NCBI GenBank assembly: GCA_044892505.1
Contig: CM097883.1
Coordinates: 349,680,001-349,744,000, forward strand
Direction of reading: 5' to 3'
DNA: 64,000 nucleotides
DNA from: Schmidtea nova
Taxonomy: Eukaryota
Part shown: piece by piece, positions 1 through 12,872 of the stretch
How the letters are laid out: the number at the start of each line of letters is the position of its first letter
How positions within the stretch are numbered: position 1 is the first letter of the stretch
Position numbers and translations under genes: made by a program
The notes under the pieces: model-generated
Seen by the model: the letters and a program-made list of their open reading frames with translations, nothing else
What the model was told of the DNA's origin: nothing
Database searches by the model: none

Positions 1-1946
1 TCATGGATGTTTGGGCAATTCACCTGGACTCGGAAATATGGGCTGATCGATTACGAATCGAACTAGCGATCCGCTCAGGCTACTTCCACCCGCTCGGCAC
101 AAGGCCAGAAACAGGTTTCAGGGGGTATGGAAAAAAAAATTAAATTTTTATTTATTTTTATCTTTTTTTAATAGATATCATTTAGAATAGATTGTGATTT
201 CAAAGCTGGGATTTGTGACAATAAAAAAATAAACAATAATAATAAAAAAAAATAATAAAAAAAAATATTCATTTAATATTTTGCTCATAAAATAATATAA
301 CAATAATAACAATAACATAATATACAATTATCAAAATAAAATATTACCGGGTACGGGGTAATCGAAAAGGCATGATGTTCGATGACCCCGTACCGAACAA
401 GAAAATGACACTTACCAATAAAGTCTTCCGGAAAATTTCGGTTTCAGAGTAAGATTTTGAATAATACAAAAGTTTTCACAAAACTCTAAATTCTTAAAAA
501 TTTTTAAAAATTCTGACAAATTCTTTAACAAAAAAAATTTTTTTTCACAAATTCAGATAACTTCTCATTATTTCCATTTTGATGGCGGTATATATACCAT
601 CGATTTTGAGTTACCTTCACTAGTGTAATAAAACAAATTGTTCTAGAATTTTCTTTATCATTAGTATAACAACTTGCCCTTGGCCAAGCCACTGTTCCCC
701 AGTTGGGATGAAGTGATCATGGATGTTTGGGCTATTCACCTGGACTCGGAAGTATGGGCTGATCGATTACGAATCGAACCAGCGATCCGCTCAGGCTACT
801 TCCACCCGCTCGGCACAAGGCCAGAAACAGGCTTCAGGGGGTACGGAAGCAAAAATTTATTTATTTATTTAATAATTTTTACTTGGACTACTAAAATTTT
901 TCAATTATGAGAATTTGTGATAAAAAAAATAATAAAATAAAAAAAAATTCATTAGATGCAATCCTTTATAATATTATCAAGATACAAATTAAGACATCCT
1001 AAATAATAAAAATAAAAAAATAACTAAATGAATCAAATAAAAAAACGGTGTCGACATGGAATGTCCAAAGGGCATGACTTTTTGGGCCTCCCATACCGAT
1101 AACGCATATATAATGAGATAAATATAACATAAAATGAGAAAATCCTTACGCTCAGTGTGGCTCTCCTGATACTTTCTTTTTCAAATTGAAATTGAAATTA
1201 CAAATTCTGATAACGTCTTCTCAAAATTCTTTTTTCCCAAAAATTCTACTAAATTCTTTTAAATTCTTTAAATTTCGAAATACTAAAAAAATTTCCACAA
1301 AATTCTGATTATTGTCATTTTGATGGCGGTATATATACCATCGATTTTGCGTTACCTTCACTAGTGTAATAAAACAAATTGTTCTAGAATTTTCTTTTTA
1401 ATTTTTCTAAATTAATTCTAATGATTTTCCGAAAATTAAATCCATAATTTTGTGTAATAGTTTTTTATAAAACACAAATAATTTATTTTAATTCAAAATT
1501 TTTATTTTTGAATCGAAATTTGTTCGATTTGATTTAATTTACGATATTCCGATCAATATTAGTTCTTTTTGTTGTTAATGTGAAATATTTTGATAAAATC
1601 ACAATTTTCGGCTAAAATTTTGTTAATTTTTCCTGCACTGAAGGTTTTATAACACAATTCCGTTTTTTTATGGGTATTTTCAATGGGTTTTCCGATTATT
1701 CTAACTTTCAAACGTTCTTCTTTTGACGACATTTAATTTTTCTCGAGGTTTTAATGTAAGGGCTTTCAGACTCACAGCTAGCGCGTTCTCTACTGGTTGA
1801 TGTGTTTTGAGTCCACTTCACCGTTTGGTGTTTTTCACTTAATCGCTTGGATTTTTAATGGATGTTTGGGTTAAAACTGAATCTTGCGCGCTCTCTAACT
1901 ATGGGGTTATCGCTTTATTAAAACAATTTGTAGTTTTTGCCCAACA
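1..1946 (-). mobile_element. Partial LTR of family C (runs off the window start), with an internal ~716-bp-period tandem duplication
   Basis: About 660-1946 is homologous to 53540-54798 and both end in GCCCAACA. The block starting TCATGGATGTTTGGG occurs at 1 and 717. Strand is inferred from the ORF in the other C copy. Confidence 0.75.
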
Positions 1947-3113
1947 TTCGTATGCAAATCCAACCAGAACTCAAATTGTGTGCTCTCTTTTGAGATGCAT
2001 CTTTTAAACCATTTAAACCCTATCTCTACCAACTTATAGAATGCTCTGTAGAATGAGCTCTTTTGAAGGTGCAATTATTAAGAAATGATTTTGTTTATAT
2101 AAGGGAAATTTCTGTTTAGATTTTAAATTGAAACGTTGTTGTTAATAAATTTTATATATTTATGTGCAACAATTTTCTAAACTTTGCTTTGCTTGCACTT
2201 TAGTTTATTTTTAATAAAAAAAATTCACAAATTTCCATTAGTTAACAAAGTTATTTGTATAAAACCCTTTCTCATAATTCCAATTTTTAAATAATTTGTT
2301 TGATTAATGCTACACTTAATTTAAATTTAAATTATTAAAATTTATTGTACTATTTTTTTAATAACGCTTTTATCTTGTTTGAAATGCACAACAACTATCC
2401 ACTTACTGCGGAATCTGTTGGTAATGATTCCGATTTGCAATCACTGGATATTTATATTGAGAAATTTTATTTTCTGTTTATTAATTTCAATAACCGACAA
2501 TAAACATGTAATCAAAGGTGAATTATTTATGATTATCAGCAGCAGTAGGTTTGAGTTTTTTGTTAGTTTAATTAAATAAATTTATTATTTATTCATATTA
2601 TCTATAAATTACTAAATTAAATTTTAAATTAAATTGATTTACAACTGTTGCAATTCGTTGAATTTAATAAATTATTTGAGGATCTTATACAGATTCATTA
2701 CAATTTTCGAGGAAATAAAAAATAATCTCTTCAGTAATTCGATTAAAAATCTCGCATTGGATGGTTTTGTACGGTTAAATCGTTCCGAATTCCAATATTC
2801 ATTAGGAATTTATTAATAATAATGATCTTGAATTGATTTTCCAATTAATTACTAGACACAAAGCTGCCGGAACGATTATAAGTTTGGGCTTGAAAGTTAT
2901 TCCAGATTTTATTGGTTGGTTTTTTGAATTAAATTAATATATTTTTAATGATAAATTATTTAATATTTATTTTAATATATAATTTAAATAAAAGTTTTCA
3001 ACAATTATTTTATTAATTAATTAAAAATGAAATTTTTTATATTATTATATTTATTAATCGTTTTCAATGATTATTTTATTTAAATTTTATTTAATAAATA
3101 ATTTTCATTTTAT

Positions 3114-5325
3114 TGGCTGGTTGTCTAGTTTTTATTTAGGGTCACCCGCATAAGCAATTATTTTTGACCATACACCCGTTAACTCGCGGACTAAGTCCGC
3201 GTTGGTACTGTGTATGTTGTCGCAGGGTAAATAGGCAGGTGAGCTATTTTTCAATGATTACTCTCTATTTACACCCACTCGGATTCCATGACCGATAGAA
3301 AGTCTTATCACTTCAGTTCAGAATCTCAATCGAACTCAAACAGCTAAATACATTTATTACCAATTACAACACAAAGTTCATTCCTCCAAGCACATGGGAT
3401 AACCTCCATGAGCAAGTCTGATTCAGATAGATTCTGCCTCTCGTTAACTTGCATGGTCAATTGATTTGCAAACCCCTTCTTTTGGAGACGTCGCATTGAG
3501 CCAATTTTCTTTCTCTTTGAGCCAATGCGAGTAGTAGCTGCTTATACTACTTGTACTTGTACTTTTATTTTTTTATTTTATTATTAGATTCGCGTTTTAT
3601 CTGTTATTGGTAATTTATTTTTTCTTGCTCTAGTTTTAGATTCTGTTGCGTGACGTGTTAAAAAAATATACCATATACCATTCTTGTACCCTCGCTGTTC
3701 TCCGCCTTTCAGTCGCTAGGGTTATAACACGCACATTAATATCTTACTGCCATGCACCCGTAAATACCCTATTTATTTACATTAGTACTGTGCATTACAG
3801 CCGACTACCAATCGACAGGTGAGCTCCGTTACTACTCTGGATCGGACACTCGTTCGGGTTCTACTAGACCGATAAGAGGTCACCTTTTCTTCCCCTCACC
3901 CTTTCGCAGGTTACTAATTTAGGGTGGTAACTCTTAATCCTTTTAAACCTGTCTTACTCACTCATCGTCGGAAAAACGTTATGTTACTTTAATTTCGAGA
4001 CATACATATACGATATTTTACCCCAAAACAACAAATTCATTTATATAATACATATAATTAAACCACATATCAGATTATACATATCAGTTCGATTTAAATT
4101 TTTGCTTCCGTCTCTTGCGGATTAGGTGACTGTCGACTCTGTTCTTCCTCTAACCTCTGCTTCGATCGACGTCGACGCTGAGCGTGAGTACGTTGACGTT
4201 GTCTCGTCCCCTTACTGGTTTCTCCATTCGTGAGAATTTCATCATTTCCCACTGGGTGTTGGATACCATTCCGCCAAGGTGATCAGCCTTATTAGCCCTT
4301 CTAACTCTTGCTACAAACTGTTGAGAGATGTGCTTCCTACAGTTTCCTAGCTCCATCTGTACTGCAGTTAACTCTAATCGGCACTCCTCCAGTGCCCTCG
4401 TCGTGTGCAGCAACTTATCCTACACAACCATCATCTCTCCCGGGGAGAAATAATTCCCCTCCAAATCTAGGATTCGTCTCATTAGGCCTCCGATTTTTCT
4501 CAAAGATTCTCTCTGTTCCTCTCTACTCGATAATTCTTGTAGATGGTTTATTTCGGTATACTGATGTTGCATTCTATTCTGAAAATGTCATACATACAGA
4601 TTTGATTTATGAAGGTTAGCGCGTTTTTTATTTTCTCTTTCCTCAATCTGGCGATTTTATAATCTCTCTGCGTTTATGTCGTCACTCGCAACTAACTGTT
4701 TTCACCCCGATCCTCCGTCTAACCCCTAATCTCGATATTCGATTCTAAGTGTGAAATACTCTGTCTCCTACCGAAGCTCGTTAACTCTCACGATCGCACC
4801 ACTGTCTACCATTTACAATCTACTAGGGTTATTCGCAACCGAATGAATTCAAGTCATCAAAAAAAATAAGACATGACCATTAATATTTTAACGTGAAAGC
4901 AAAACGACAACTATCACGAAAGTTACATCAAATCACAATTATTTATTCAATCCACTGAATCAAGCGACCGAGGGATTATGGGGCGACTAGGTGGGCTCGC
5001 TGGACGGCCCATCTGCCAGAACCCCTCTTGTGGAATCGTTCCATTATGCTGAATGAAATATCCACCAGGGATCTCACTTGGGCTCTCCACAAAATATTTC
5101 GGACAGTCCGGCGTGTACTCCCTCTCGAGATCGATCGGTCACTCCTGGCTTCCGTGCCAGATGACCTCATCAGGACTATCACAGAAGAGGCTGAAGGACG
5201 GTGCCTCTCCCGTACTTGCAAACGTGCGCTGGTGGTCTGTGGGAATGCATTTTAATGGCATCGCAAGGATCAAATGGTTGTTGAATATGGCGGGTTGGGG
5301 ATCCATGCTCAAGACCGACGCCTCC
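3114..5325 (-). mobile_element. Degenerate LTR-like unit (family E) with two copies of the conserved LTR motif; interrupted by the Chapaev element
   Basis: 3137-3900 parallels 43645-44040 (AGGGTCAC, CTAGGGTTA, CAGGTGAGC, GACCGATA). Contains a coiled-coil/Arg-rich ORF remnant. Boundaries are approximate. Confidence 0.5.
4084..4413 (-). pseudogene. LTR-encoded coiled-coil protein with Arg/Lys-rich tail, premature stop
   Basis: ORF 4150-4413 continues in frame past its TAG as RKNRVDSHLIRKRRKQKFKSN*. Resembles the ORFs at 12873 and 49656. Confidence 0.5.
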
Positions 5326-5668
5326 CACACTGTACCGGAAGGGCCATCTAAACTTTAAAAAACGACCCCTAAATGGATTGCGTTTTTTAATAGTACTATA
5401 GGCACAGATGTTGAAACAGTATATCTACAAAATCCTGATTGAGCTATTTAGGAGCAATTGACGAAAATCTGTAAAATGAGATTGAAGCAAAACTATTTAA
5501 ACCGTACGCAGATTTTTTTCACATGAAAACATGAGAACAATGACATGAGCCATCCATGTAATATGTACACTTTATTGTTGACTTATCAGATGCACAGTTC
5601 GTTAAACACAACGGGGTATAGATGGAGATGGACTGGAAGGTAATTATAATGTAATGGCATCATAGCAG

Positions 5669-7180
5669 TTACAAGTGTCGAGAATTGTAGCGAATAATAC
5701 AGTCCAAAAGGTGCTTATCGAAATGGACATGATTTTCACTAACTTTGCCAGCTGATATCCACATGGCTTTAAAATCTGTATGTACTGCCTCCGATGCTTG
5801 TTCATTGAAATGGCCGAGGCTGGAGTTCTTTAGTTTACAAAAATGAATCAAGTGAACACAAACAATGTGTACTGCTGTTGTTATTGCTATGCCCGTATTC
5901 ATATAAGCTGTCTCAAATTTTTTTATAGACTCTTCAAAACCAGCATGTAGCACCTGACCAAAACAGTCGCTAATAACACTGTTAAATGCTGCAAAGGATG
6001 TTGCAAACTTAATGATTTCAGATTTCTTACCAGTGGTGTGGAGAGTAGGTGCATGATGTAGAAGTCGACGACACATGTTACCTGTAAACTCGCCGCCATG
6101 AAGCTGAGGTTGTACGAGACCAATTTGTTGGAGCCACAGTTCAGCTACTTTAGGAAATGATGACTGCAGTTGATGAAACATTTTGTTTGTAACGCGCAGC
6201 ATTAAGTGGAGCTGCAGCGGAGGAATAATTTCAATCAGCATTTGTTTATCCTCGCCTTGAATCATAGGAGTGTGCACGCAGCTTTTGAAATCTTTAGCAG
6301 ATGCTTTAGGGTTGTATACTCTTCTCTTGTTCTCATAATCCCGAGCTTGCTTTTTGATTTCACCTATCGCTCTTAGTTTCCAATTGTTGTTGATTTTCTT
6401 GATATTTGAAAATTCTTTCTTTGGACATTCGCAAAACATACAAGGATACGCACTGGAATGTGATTGCAGTCCACATAATATGTTTGCTATTTTCAGATCC
6501 ACCGCGTTAACATACTGAAAGTCTATTTGATCAATTTTTAAGAGTTGTAGAATGTAACGAACATTCTCATATGTTTCTTTAACCTTATAGGCTATTGCGA
6601 TGATAATGAGCTTCTTCACGCTTGTATCGAGCATGGCTTTTTCAATAAGTTTCTTTGACGGATTAGTGATGGGTTTTTCGGTGGATTCAGCATTGCTAAT
6701 GTTTAGACAGAATTTAAAAAAATCTTCACCTGTATCAATTCCAATCTTGATGGAAACATTTTCTTTATCCAAATTTCTCTTCTCACACACTAGGTCTATC
6801 AGTCCGACAACATCATTACAGTAAACAACTGTACAGGATGCAGTCGCATCAACTCCTTTGTTGGTAGAGGTGCATTCAAAATCGTGGCTAAGGCAATCAA
6901 AATATTCAGCACATGTTTTGTTACGTCGTTGAAGTTGTTCTCCAATGAATGATTCTACCGAAGTTCGGCCAAACATGCTTCTAACAAAGGGTATAATTTT
7001 ACGTTTCATATCATTATTAGGCGCTGACAATAAATTTTGAAGTTTCGTTACACCATCTACACTAACTTGCACAATGGACAGACTTTCTTTAGAGCCAACT
7101 TGAACTTGCAGAGGGTATGAACCACCAGAATAAAACTCCTTGGTTGACACTTTGTATCTTTCAGTCGATCGTTTTATCAT
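5669..7180 (-). CDS. Chapaev transposase catalytic core (503 aa)
   Basis: Long ORF inside the TIRs with KIGIDTG, AVDLKIANILCGLQSHSSAYPCMFC, LQLHLML and LGHFNEQASEAVH motifs. Confidence 0.8.
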   Translation of the reverse strand: MIKRSTERYKVSTKEFYSGGSYPLQVQVGSKESLSIVQVSVDGVTKLQNLLSAPNNDMKRKIIPFVRSMFGRTSVESFIGEQLQRRNKTCAEYFDCLSHDFECTSTNKGVDATASCTVVYCNDVVGLIDLVCEKRNLDKENVSIKIGIDTGEDFFKFCLNISNAESTEKPITNPSKKLIEKAMLDTSVKKLIIIAIAYKVKETYENVRYILQLLKIDQIDFQYVNAVDLKIANILCGLQSHSSAYPCMFCECPKKEFSNIKKINNNWKLRAIGEIKKQARDYENKRRVYNPKASAKDFKSCVHTPMIQGEDKQMLIEIIPPLQLHLMLRVTNKMFHQLQSSFPKVAELWLQQIGLVQPQLHGGEFTGNMCRRLLHHAPTLHTTGKKSEIIKFATSFAAFNSVISDCFGQVLHAGFEESIKKFETAYMNTGIAITTAVHIVCVHLIHFCKLKNSSLGHFNEQASEAVHTDFKAMWISAGKVSENHVHFDKHLLDCIIRYNSRHL

Positions 7181-7230
7181 TGAAGTTGCGTTCTTCTATC
7201 TGTAGATACACACAATTCTACAATGTTCTT

Positions 7231-7722
7231 TCATAAAGCCTGTACCGTACACTTATGAGGAATGCCCCTCCCATAACGAGTCCGACATGCACTGCACACC
7301 GTCATGATTTTTTCCGGTGGGCCACAGGCTGTACTTTCGTCTTTTCGTGGGCGACCCTTCTTTGCCTTTGACATTGACTTCCCAGATTGCCTTGCTGTTT
7401 CGCAAATTTGACACTCGCAAACTGGAATCGGGTCTGATCTAGTTGTTGTAGTATATGGCGCTATCACACGGAAATCAAAAGGTGTCGGTAATACGCTGGT
7501 AGACTTCTTTCCGTCAATAATGTCTAGCAAATTAGAGCGACACCTGCTGCACATTCCACATGGTAAATTTTGTTTTGTCATCTCGTAAGTTGGCATAAAG
7601 TAACGACGAATTCTTGCTAACACGACATCTGTGATATTACAGTTTGATTGGTTGAAGCAAATAAGGCATACTTTCTTCCTGTTTTCTTCATGATTCAATG
7701 CACGGGTTTCATGAAATGGCAT
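7231..7722 (-). CDS. Chapaev transposase N-terminal exon (Chapa zinc finger, AT-hook)
   Basis: HEENRKKVCLICF...LPCGMCSRCR...CECQIC Cys/His pattern and KKGRPRK. Preceded by an acceptor-like TTTTCAG on the minus strand. Confidence 0.75.
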   Translation of the reverse strand: MPFHETRALNHEENRKKVCLICFNQSNCNITDVVLARIRRYFMPTYEMTKQNLPCGMCSRCRSNLLDIIDGKKSTSVLPTPFDFRVIAPYTTTTRSDPIPVCECQICETARQSGKSMSKAKKGRPRKDESTACGPPEKIMTVCSACRTRYGRGIPHKCTVQAL

Positions 7723-8015
7723 CTGAAAAGAAAATTTTAGCGTTACATTTTTAGAATACTAAACATGAATATCATATTTGAAAAAAAAACATTGCACTAA
7801 TAAAGTAACTTTTACAAAATACCTACTTAAAAATGAAATAAAATATGACACTCAATCTTACCACCGTATTTTTGTAATAATGACTTGTAGATCACACCAC
7901 CGCGCAAACTTGAACTTTAAAACAAACGAATAGTTTACTACTTAATACCAAATAATATTATTATATTCTGACATTGAAACATATTAAATGTGTCGCCGTC
8001 TAAAACTACAGAAAA

Positions 8016-8203
8016 NNNNNNNNNNNNNNNNNNNNNNNNNNNNNNNNNNNNNNNNNNNNNNNNNNNNNNNNNNNNNNNNNNNNNNNNNNNNNNNNNNNNN
8101 NNNNNNNNNNNNNNNNNNNNNNNNNNNNNNNNNNNNNNNNNNNNNNNNNNNNNNNNNNNNNNNNNNNNNNNNNNNNNNNNNNNNNNNNNNNNNNNNNNNN
8201 NNN
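8016..8203. other. Assembly gap (N run)
   Basis: Run of N bases. Confidence 1.
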
Positions 8204-8401
8204 ATTAACTTAAAACTATAACGTTCTATGCTTTACTCCTAAATAGCTCAATCAGGATTTTGTAGATATACTGTTTCAACATCTGTGCCTATAGTACTAT
8301 TAAAAAACGCAATCCATTTAGGGGTCGTTTTTTTAAAGTTTAGATGGCCCTTCCGGTACAGTGTGCTCCCCTATCGTTTGATTCAGTCGCAATTGGGTAT
8401 A

Positions 8402-9325
8402 CACTAAAACCTCGATTTGCGTCGGTAATAGGGACACAAATCGAAATAATTTTTCCTGTGTTTCTTCATGTTTTCTCTTAATTGGTTCTAGACTGAAATA
8501 TTTATAGAAAAAATCCAGAATCTTGTTTCTAATAAAAAATACACACACACATTTAATGCAACAAAATTTTTTTTAATTCCAAATAAGTTAAAAACATAAA
8601 ACTTAATAAAAAAAACATAAAAAATAATAAATAAAATAAAAAATATTAAATTAACACCAAAATAAGTATAATTTTCAGTTATAGTTTAGATAATTTATTT
8701 TTGTATTCCGAACTTGACGATTCTAACTCGATAACCGTTTCTGTTGACTGATTTATTTTGTCGTGCTGATTTTTTTAAAAAAAATAATCCAAAGTTTGCT
8801 GAATTTTATTTGCCTGTTTTTCCAAATAAATTTCTTTATAACAATTGATAGCGTCAGCTACAGATTTTGCCACTTTTAAACTTCGATTTTCGTCGGGATC
8901 ATTATCTGAAAATATGTCCATTGCTTGACCAGTCGTTAGATTTTTTATTTCTGGAATAACATCAGGTGTATCCGTATCATCCTCCAAAGCATGCTCAACA
9001 CTTACAGCAATCAAATCTTCATTAGTCAGCCCTTCATCGTGTGACACCAATAACTCATCAATATAATTCTCTTCCATACCTTCAAAGTTTGCTTCTCTAG
9101 CGAATTCAGCAAGTTCTCTACGAATTGATGGTAGAGCATCACTTTCCTCTGTAGGTTTTATTGTTTCCTTTGCGGTTTATGGTTGTTTTCTCTTTCTATA
9201 ACAGAAAAATTCGAATTTTGTTAGATATGACTGAAAAAATTGGGAATCCCTGTTTTAAATTTTAGAAACGCAAATAGAAAATTTAACGACGCAACTTCGA
9301 AACAACGCAAATCGAGGTTTTGGTG
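8402..9325 (-). mobile_element. Deleted pogo/Tigger-like DNA transposon
   Basis: Inverted ends CACTAAAACCTCGATTTGCG / CGCAAATCGAGGTTTTGGTG with TA on the left. ORF 8775-9077 (IDELLVSHDEGLTNEDL...QQTLDYFF) resembles a Tigger transposase C-terminus. Confidence 0.65.
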
Positions 9326-9381
9326 CAGATATTCATTGCTTGGTATTCCTATTTAAAAATCACAATTGTTAATTAATAAGA

Positions 9382-11366
9382 TGTTGGATTATGTTCTCGA
9401 ATTATGTCTGTCACGACTAATTTGAATGGTTTTACACAATCAACGTTCACCTATCTCCGTCCTCTTCAGCCCTACTCTGGCTTTACACTTTATATTGATT
9501 TGAAAACAATTTTATGTGTTTTTATATATTTATTTGTATTTTAATTATCCCTATATTTAATTTACTCTTTGTGAAAATCAGATACACATTAAAAACAAAA
9601 TTTAGCCACTCCAAATATTCAGCGCAGTCAACGTCTCCCATATCATTGCAATATGTGTTGCAAATAAAATGTCTCGCAGTCACTCTACTGTTTTGCCTCC
9701 CCTATCCCTAGTTATCTCTAATCGCCACCTGCTAATTTTTGCTAATGGAAATCCATTAGGAGAAAAACTCACCACCCGTCTCTCTCCACGAGTCACTGAA
9801 AAATCCATTAGTCGTAATCACGCAACTTTTCTACATCTTCCTCATACTCCCCCTCAAATGCTCTTCGGATAATGGATTTGCGTGCAATTACCACTTCATC
9901 GGTCGGATAATTTATTCAGCCAATTAGGAGCTATTATCTACTGCTTTGCTGGCTCTCGGGTTTCTACTGTAACACTCGCTTGTTGACTAATTGAAAATTT
10001 CAATTACATCATCTCTCCTCTATTGGCACACACTAGGATGACAACTAATTCCCGGACGTTGTATTTACGCTTCTCTCACATTTGATCAGTTTCGGGTTGG
10101 GATGGCAGGGTTTTATGAAAAATTTCCTCATTATAGAAATTGTTCAACTGGCCGAGGAGTGGCGGCTACTAATTCTGAATTACTCTAATTTACTCGTTGT
10201 GATGGAAAACGTATTAATAAATTTCAGATGGGATTTCTATCAACTTCTAGCGGCAAACTCATTCGAGTTGAGGGTTTTTTGGAAATAGGGTTTTACACCG
10301 GGGTCATCCCTACGATGTAAAAATTGGACAGGAAATTCTCGAACAGGAACATGTTGCTTGCACGAACTCGTTCGCGTATATTACCCAAACCCCACTGACG
10401 TTTAAAGGTCCATTTTGGAAATTTCGACCGAAACATTTCTCGTGATGAAATTCATTATGGCATCGACAACTGGTCACTGACTCGGAAAGATAATTCTTCA
10501 GGGCATCTACTGACATTTACTGAGATTCTACTTAAACCCTGGGGTTGATTTATGACGGGAATTACTGTTGTCGCAGCCTTCAGACATTCGCTACCAACTC
10601 TTCTAGATTTACTTATCTTGCTGTGCAGTGGTTCCTCCTTCCGTCCCACACTCGAAGCGCGAAATGGGAGGCGAAACTACCTGAGAGCCGGCAACTAAAC
10701 ATTATATGAGAAATAGTTCGTAAAAACCAAAATAACGCATTTTATACCAAAATATTTATTAAATAATAAAAATTTTCTTACAATTCCTTCTATTGATAAT
10801 TTCCGTGCAAGTTACAATTCGTCCTCCGAGTCTTGTCGAAAATGAATGAAAATGTTTGCTAAGATGTCCTAAGGCTTAAAGAATGCTCTCCATACTGACT
10901 TGAGCGCCCCTTTATATACAAATTTCGGCCCTCAAGCAGCCAGTGAGAATCGTTCTTGATTTTCATTGATTCATTTAGTCGTGAATTCAATATTTTTATT
11001 ATTTTCTCTTTCTGGTTAATTATTTTCTTTTTGTTATTATTTTCCATTTAATTCTATTAGTTAATTTTAATTCTTTTTCTTTTATGCATTGCAATCAGTT
11101 TTTCTCATTTTTATTTTATTTTAATCCGTTCTTTTTACTTGCCAATATTTTCTTAATTTTTTATGTTCTTTCATCATTGTTTACATTTGTTATTTTTTAT
11201 TTCTATTTAATTATTTAAATTTATTTCCTCATGTGTAACATTATTCATGTGTGTACTAACCCAACAATTCATTTCATCAATTTGGCTTTATCTGATAATT
11301 TTGGTTCATTTTATTTTTTATTTATTTATTTTATGTCTTGTTTTAGATCGGGTTGTCATCCCAACA
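9382..11366 (-). mobile_element. Old LTR-like unit related to families A/B
   Basis: Starts TGTTGGATTATG and ends CCCAACA, with a degenerate shared motif near 9900-9970. No TSD found. Confidence 0.35.
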
Positions 11367-11708
11367 TTACTAATTTAATTAATTAGATTAATTTTATTAA
11401 TAATAATAATTGATTAAGTTATAATATTTAATTGTTATTAAATTAATTAAATAAAAAAAATTTAGTGATAAATTATTAATAAAGAATAATTTTTATTAAA
11501 TTATTATAAAAAAATATCTTTAAAATTAAAATTAATAAATAGTAAATAAATAAATTAAAAATTAATTATAAATTGAAATTAATTAAATTTATCAACTTAA
11601 TTTTAAAATTTTTATAAATTAACTTATTACCAGTGTTGAAGTTATAAAGATAAAAATCCTAGACATAGACGGAATTTTTAAATTAGAACAATTTGAGTCA
11701 CATTATTT

Positions 11709-11710
<2 letters not shown>

Positions 11711-11768
<58 letters not shown>
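11711..11768. repeat. (AT)n microsatellite
   Basis: Direct inspection. Confidence 0.97.
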
Positions 11769-11772
<4 letters not shown>

Positions 11773-11774
11773 AT

Positions 11775-12331
11775 GTATATAATTTAAACAAAACCCAAAA
11801 TAGCGATAAAACTATAAAATAGCGCTTTTAATTTGAATAAATATTTACTTTATTTAAACAAAACACAAAATAATGAAAACTTCGAAAATAGCGCTTTCAA
11901 TTTAAATGAATATTTACTTTAGTTAAAGAAATACAAAACGGCTAACAATTATATTAAAAATAGCGCTTTAAATTTAAATAAATATTTACTTAATTTAAAC
12001 AAAACACAAAATGGCGATAAAACTATAAAATTGCGCTTTTAATTTAAATAAATATTTACTTAATTTAAACAAAACACAAAATGGCGATAAAACTATAAAA
12101 TTGCGCTTTTAATTTAAATAAATATTTACTTTATTTAAACAAAACACAAAATGGCGATAAAACTATAAAAATAGCGCTTTTAAATTTAAATAAATATTTA
12201 CTTTATATAAACAAAATACAAAATGGCGATAAAACTCTAATGGTAGCGCTTTTAATTTGAATAAATATTTACTTTATATAAACAAAATGGCGATAAAACT
12301 ATAAAAATAGCGCTTTTAATTTGAATAAATA
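11775..12331. repeat. AT-rich minisatellite (~60-65-bp unit), left part
   Basis: Tandem TTTACTTTATTTAAACAAAACACAAAATGGCGATAAAACTATAAAAATAGCGCTTTT... units. The array resumes at 29453. Confidence 0.9.
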
Positions 12332-12872
12332 TGTTGGATTCATGGAAGGTTTAATAAAAATTCTAATGATTGCTAGGGATCTCCCATCCATGATCATGCA
12401 TAAATAGTCGTAAGTTACACTCGAGCGCCCTTGATTATTTCCCTTGATAACCAAGTTGGTGATGCACAGGGTGGCTAAACAATGAGGGGCAGGTGAGCAC
12501 TATTGCTAGGACTACTCCCCCTTTATGTTTACGGGTTCACGCGGCCGTAGAAGGACTTACGCAATTGTTGTTATTCGGTGTACGTGTGATTTTATGTATT
12601 TATCATTAATCGCAAAAAAAAAAACAAAAACGAAACTACTAATTCGATAATATTTAACTTTTCAACGCTACTCCCTTTGTTGTGTGACATGTGATTTAAA
12701 TTTAATTATTATGAATTGTGTAACCGAAGGAAATACATAGGAAATAACAAAAAAAAACAAACAAGCAAAAGTTTAATAAACACAAAAATCTGATATCATG
12801 TTATGATTTTATTTGCTACAAAATTTCCTTGAAAATTCCTTCGGGAGGGAATATCTCTGATAACCACTCGGC

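Larger units (their letters stand above)
5326..8365 (-). mobile_element. Chapaev (CMC superfamily) DNA transposon
   Basis: ~130-bp TIRs (5326-5454 and 8236-8365) with CAC...GTG termini. 4-bp TSD CTCC at 5322-5325 and 8366-8369. Encodes a Chapa-type zinc finger and a transposase core. Confidence 0.88.

Noticed and set aside
745-800. Hammerhead ribozyme core at CTGATCGA...GAA
   Set aside because: Does not fit CUGANGA...GAAA and the flanking stems could not be built.
7988-8221. ORFs across the N run
   Set aside because: Artefacts of the assembly gap.
11775-12331. CRISPR-like array
   Set aside because: Head-to-tail minisatellite with no unique spacers, in a eukaryotic context with no cas genes.
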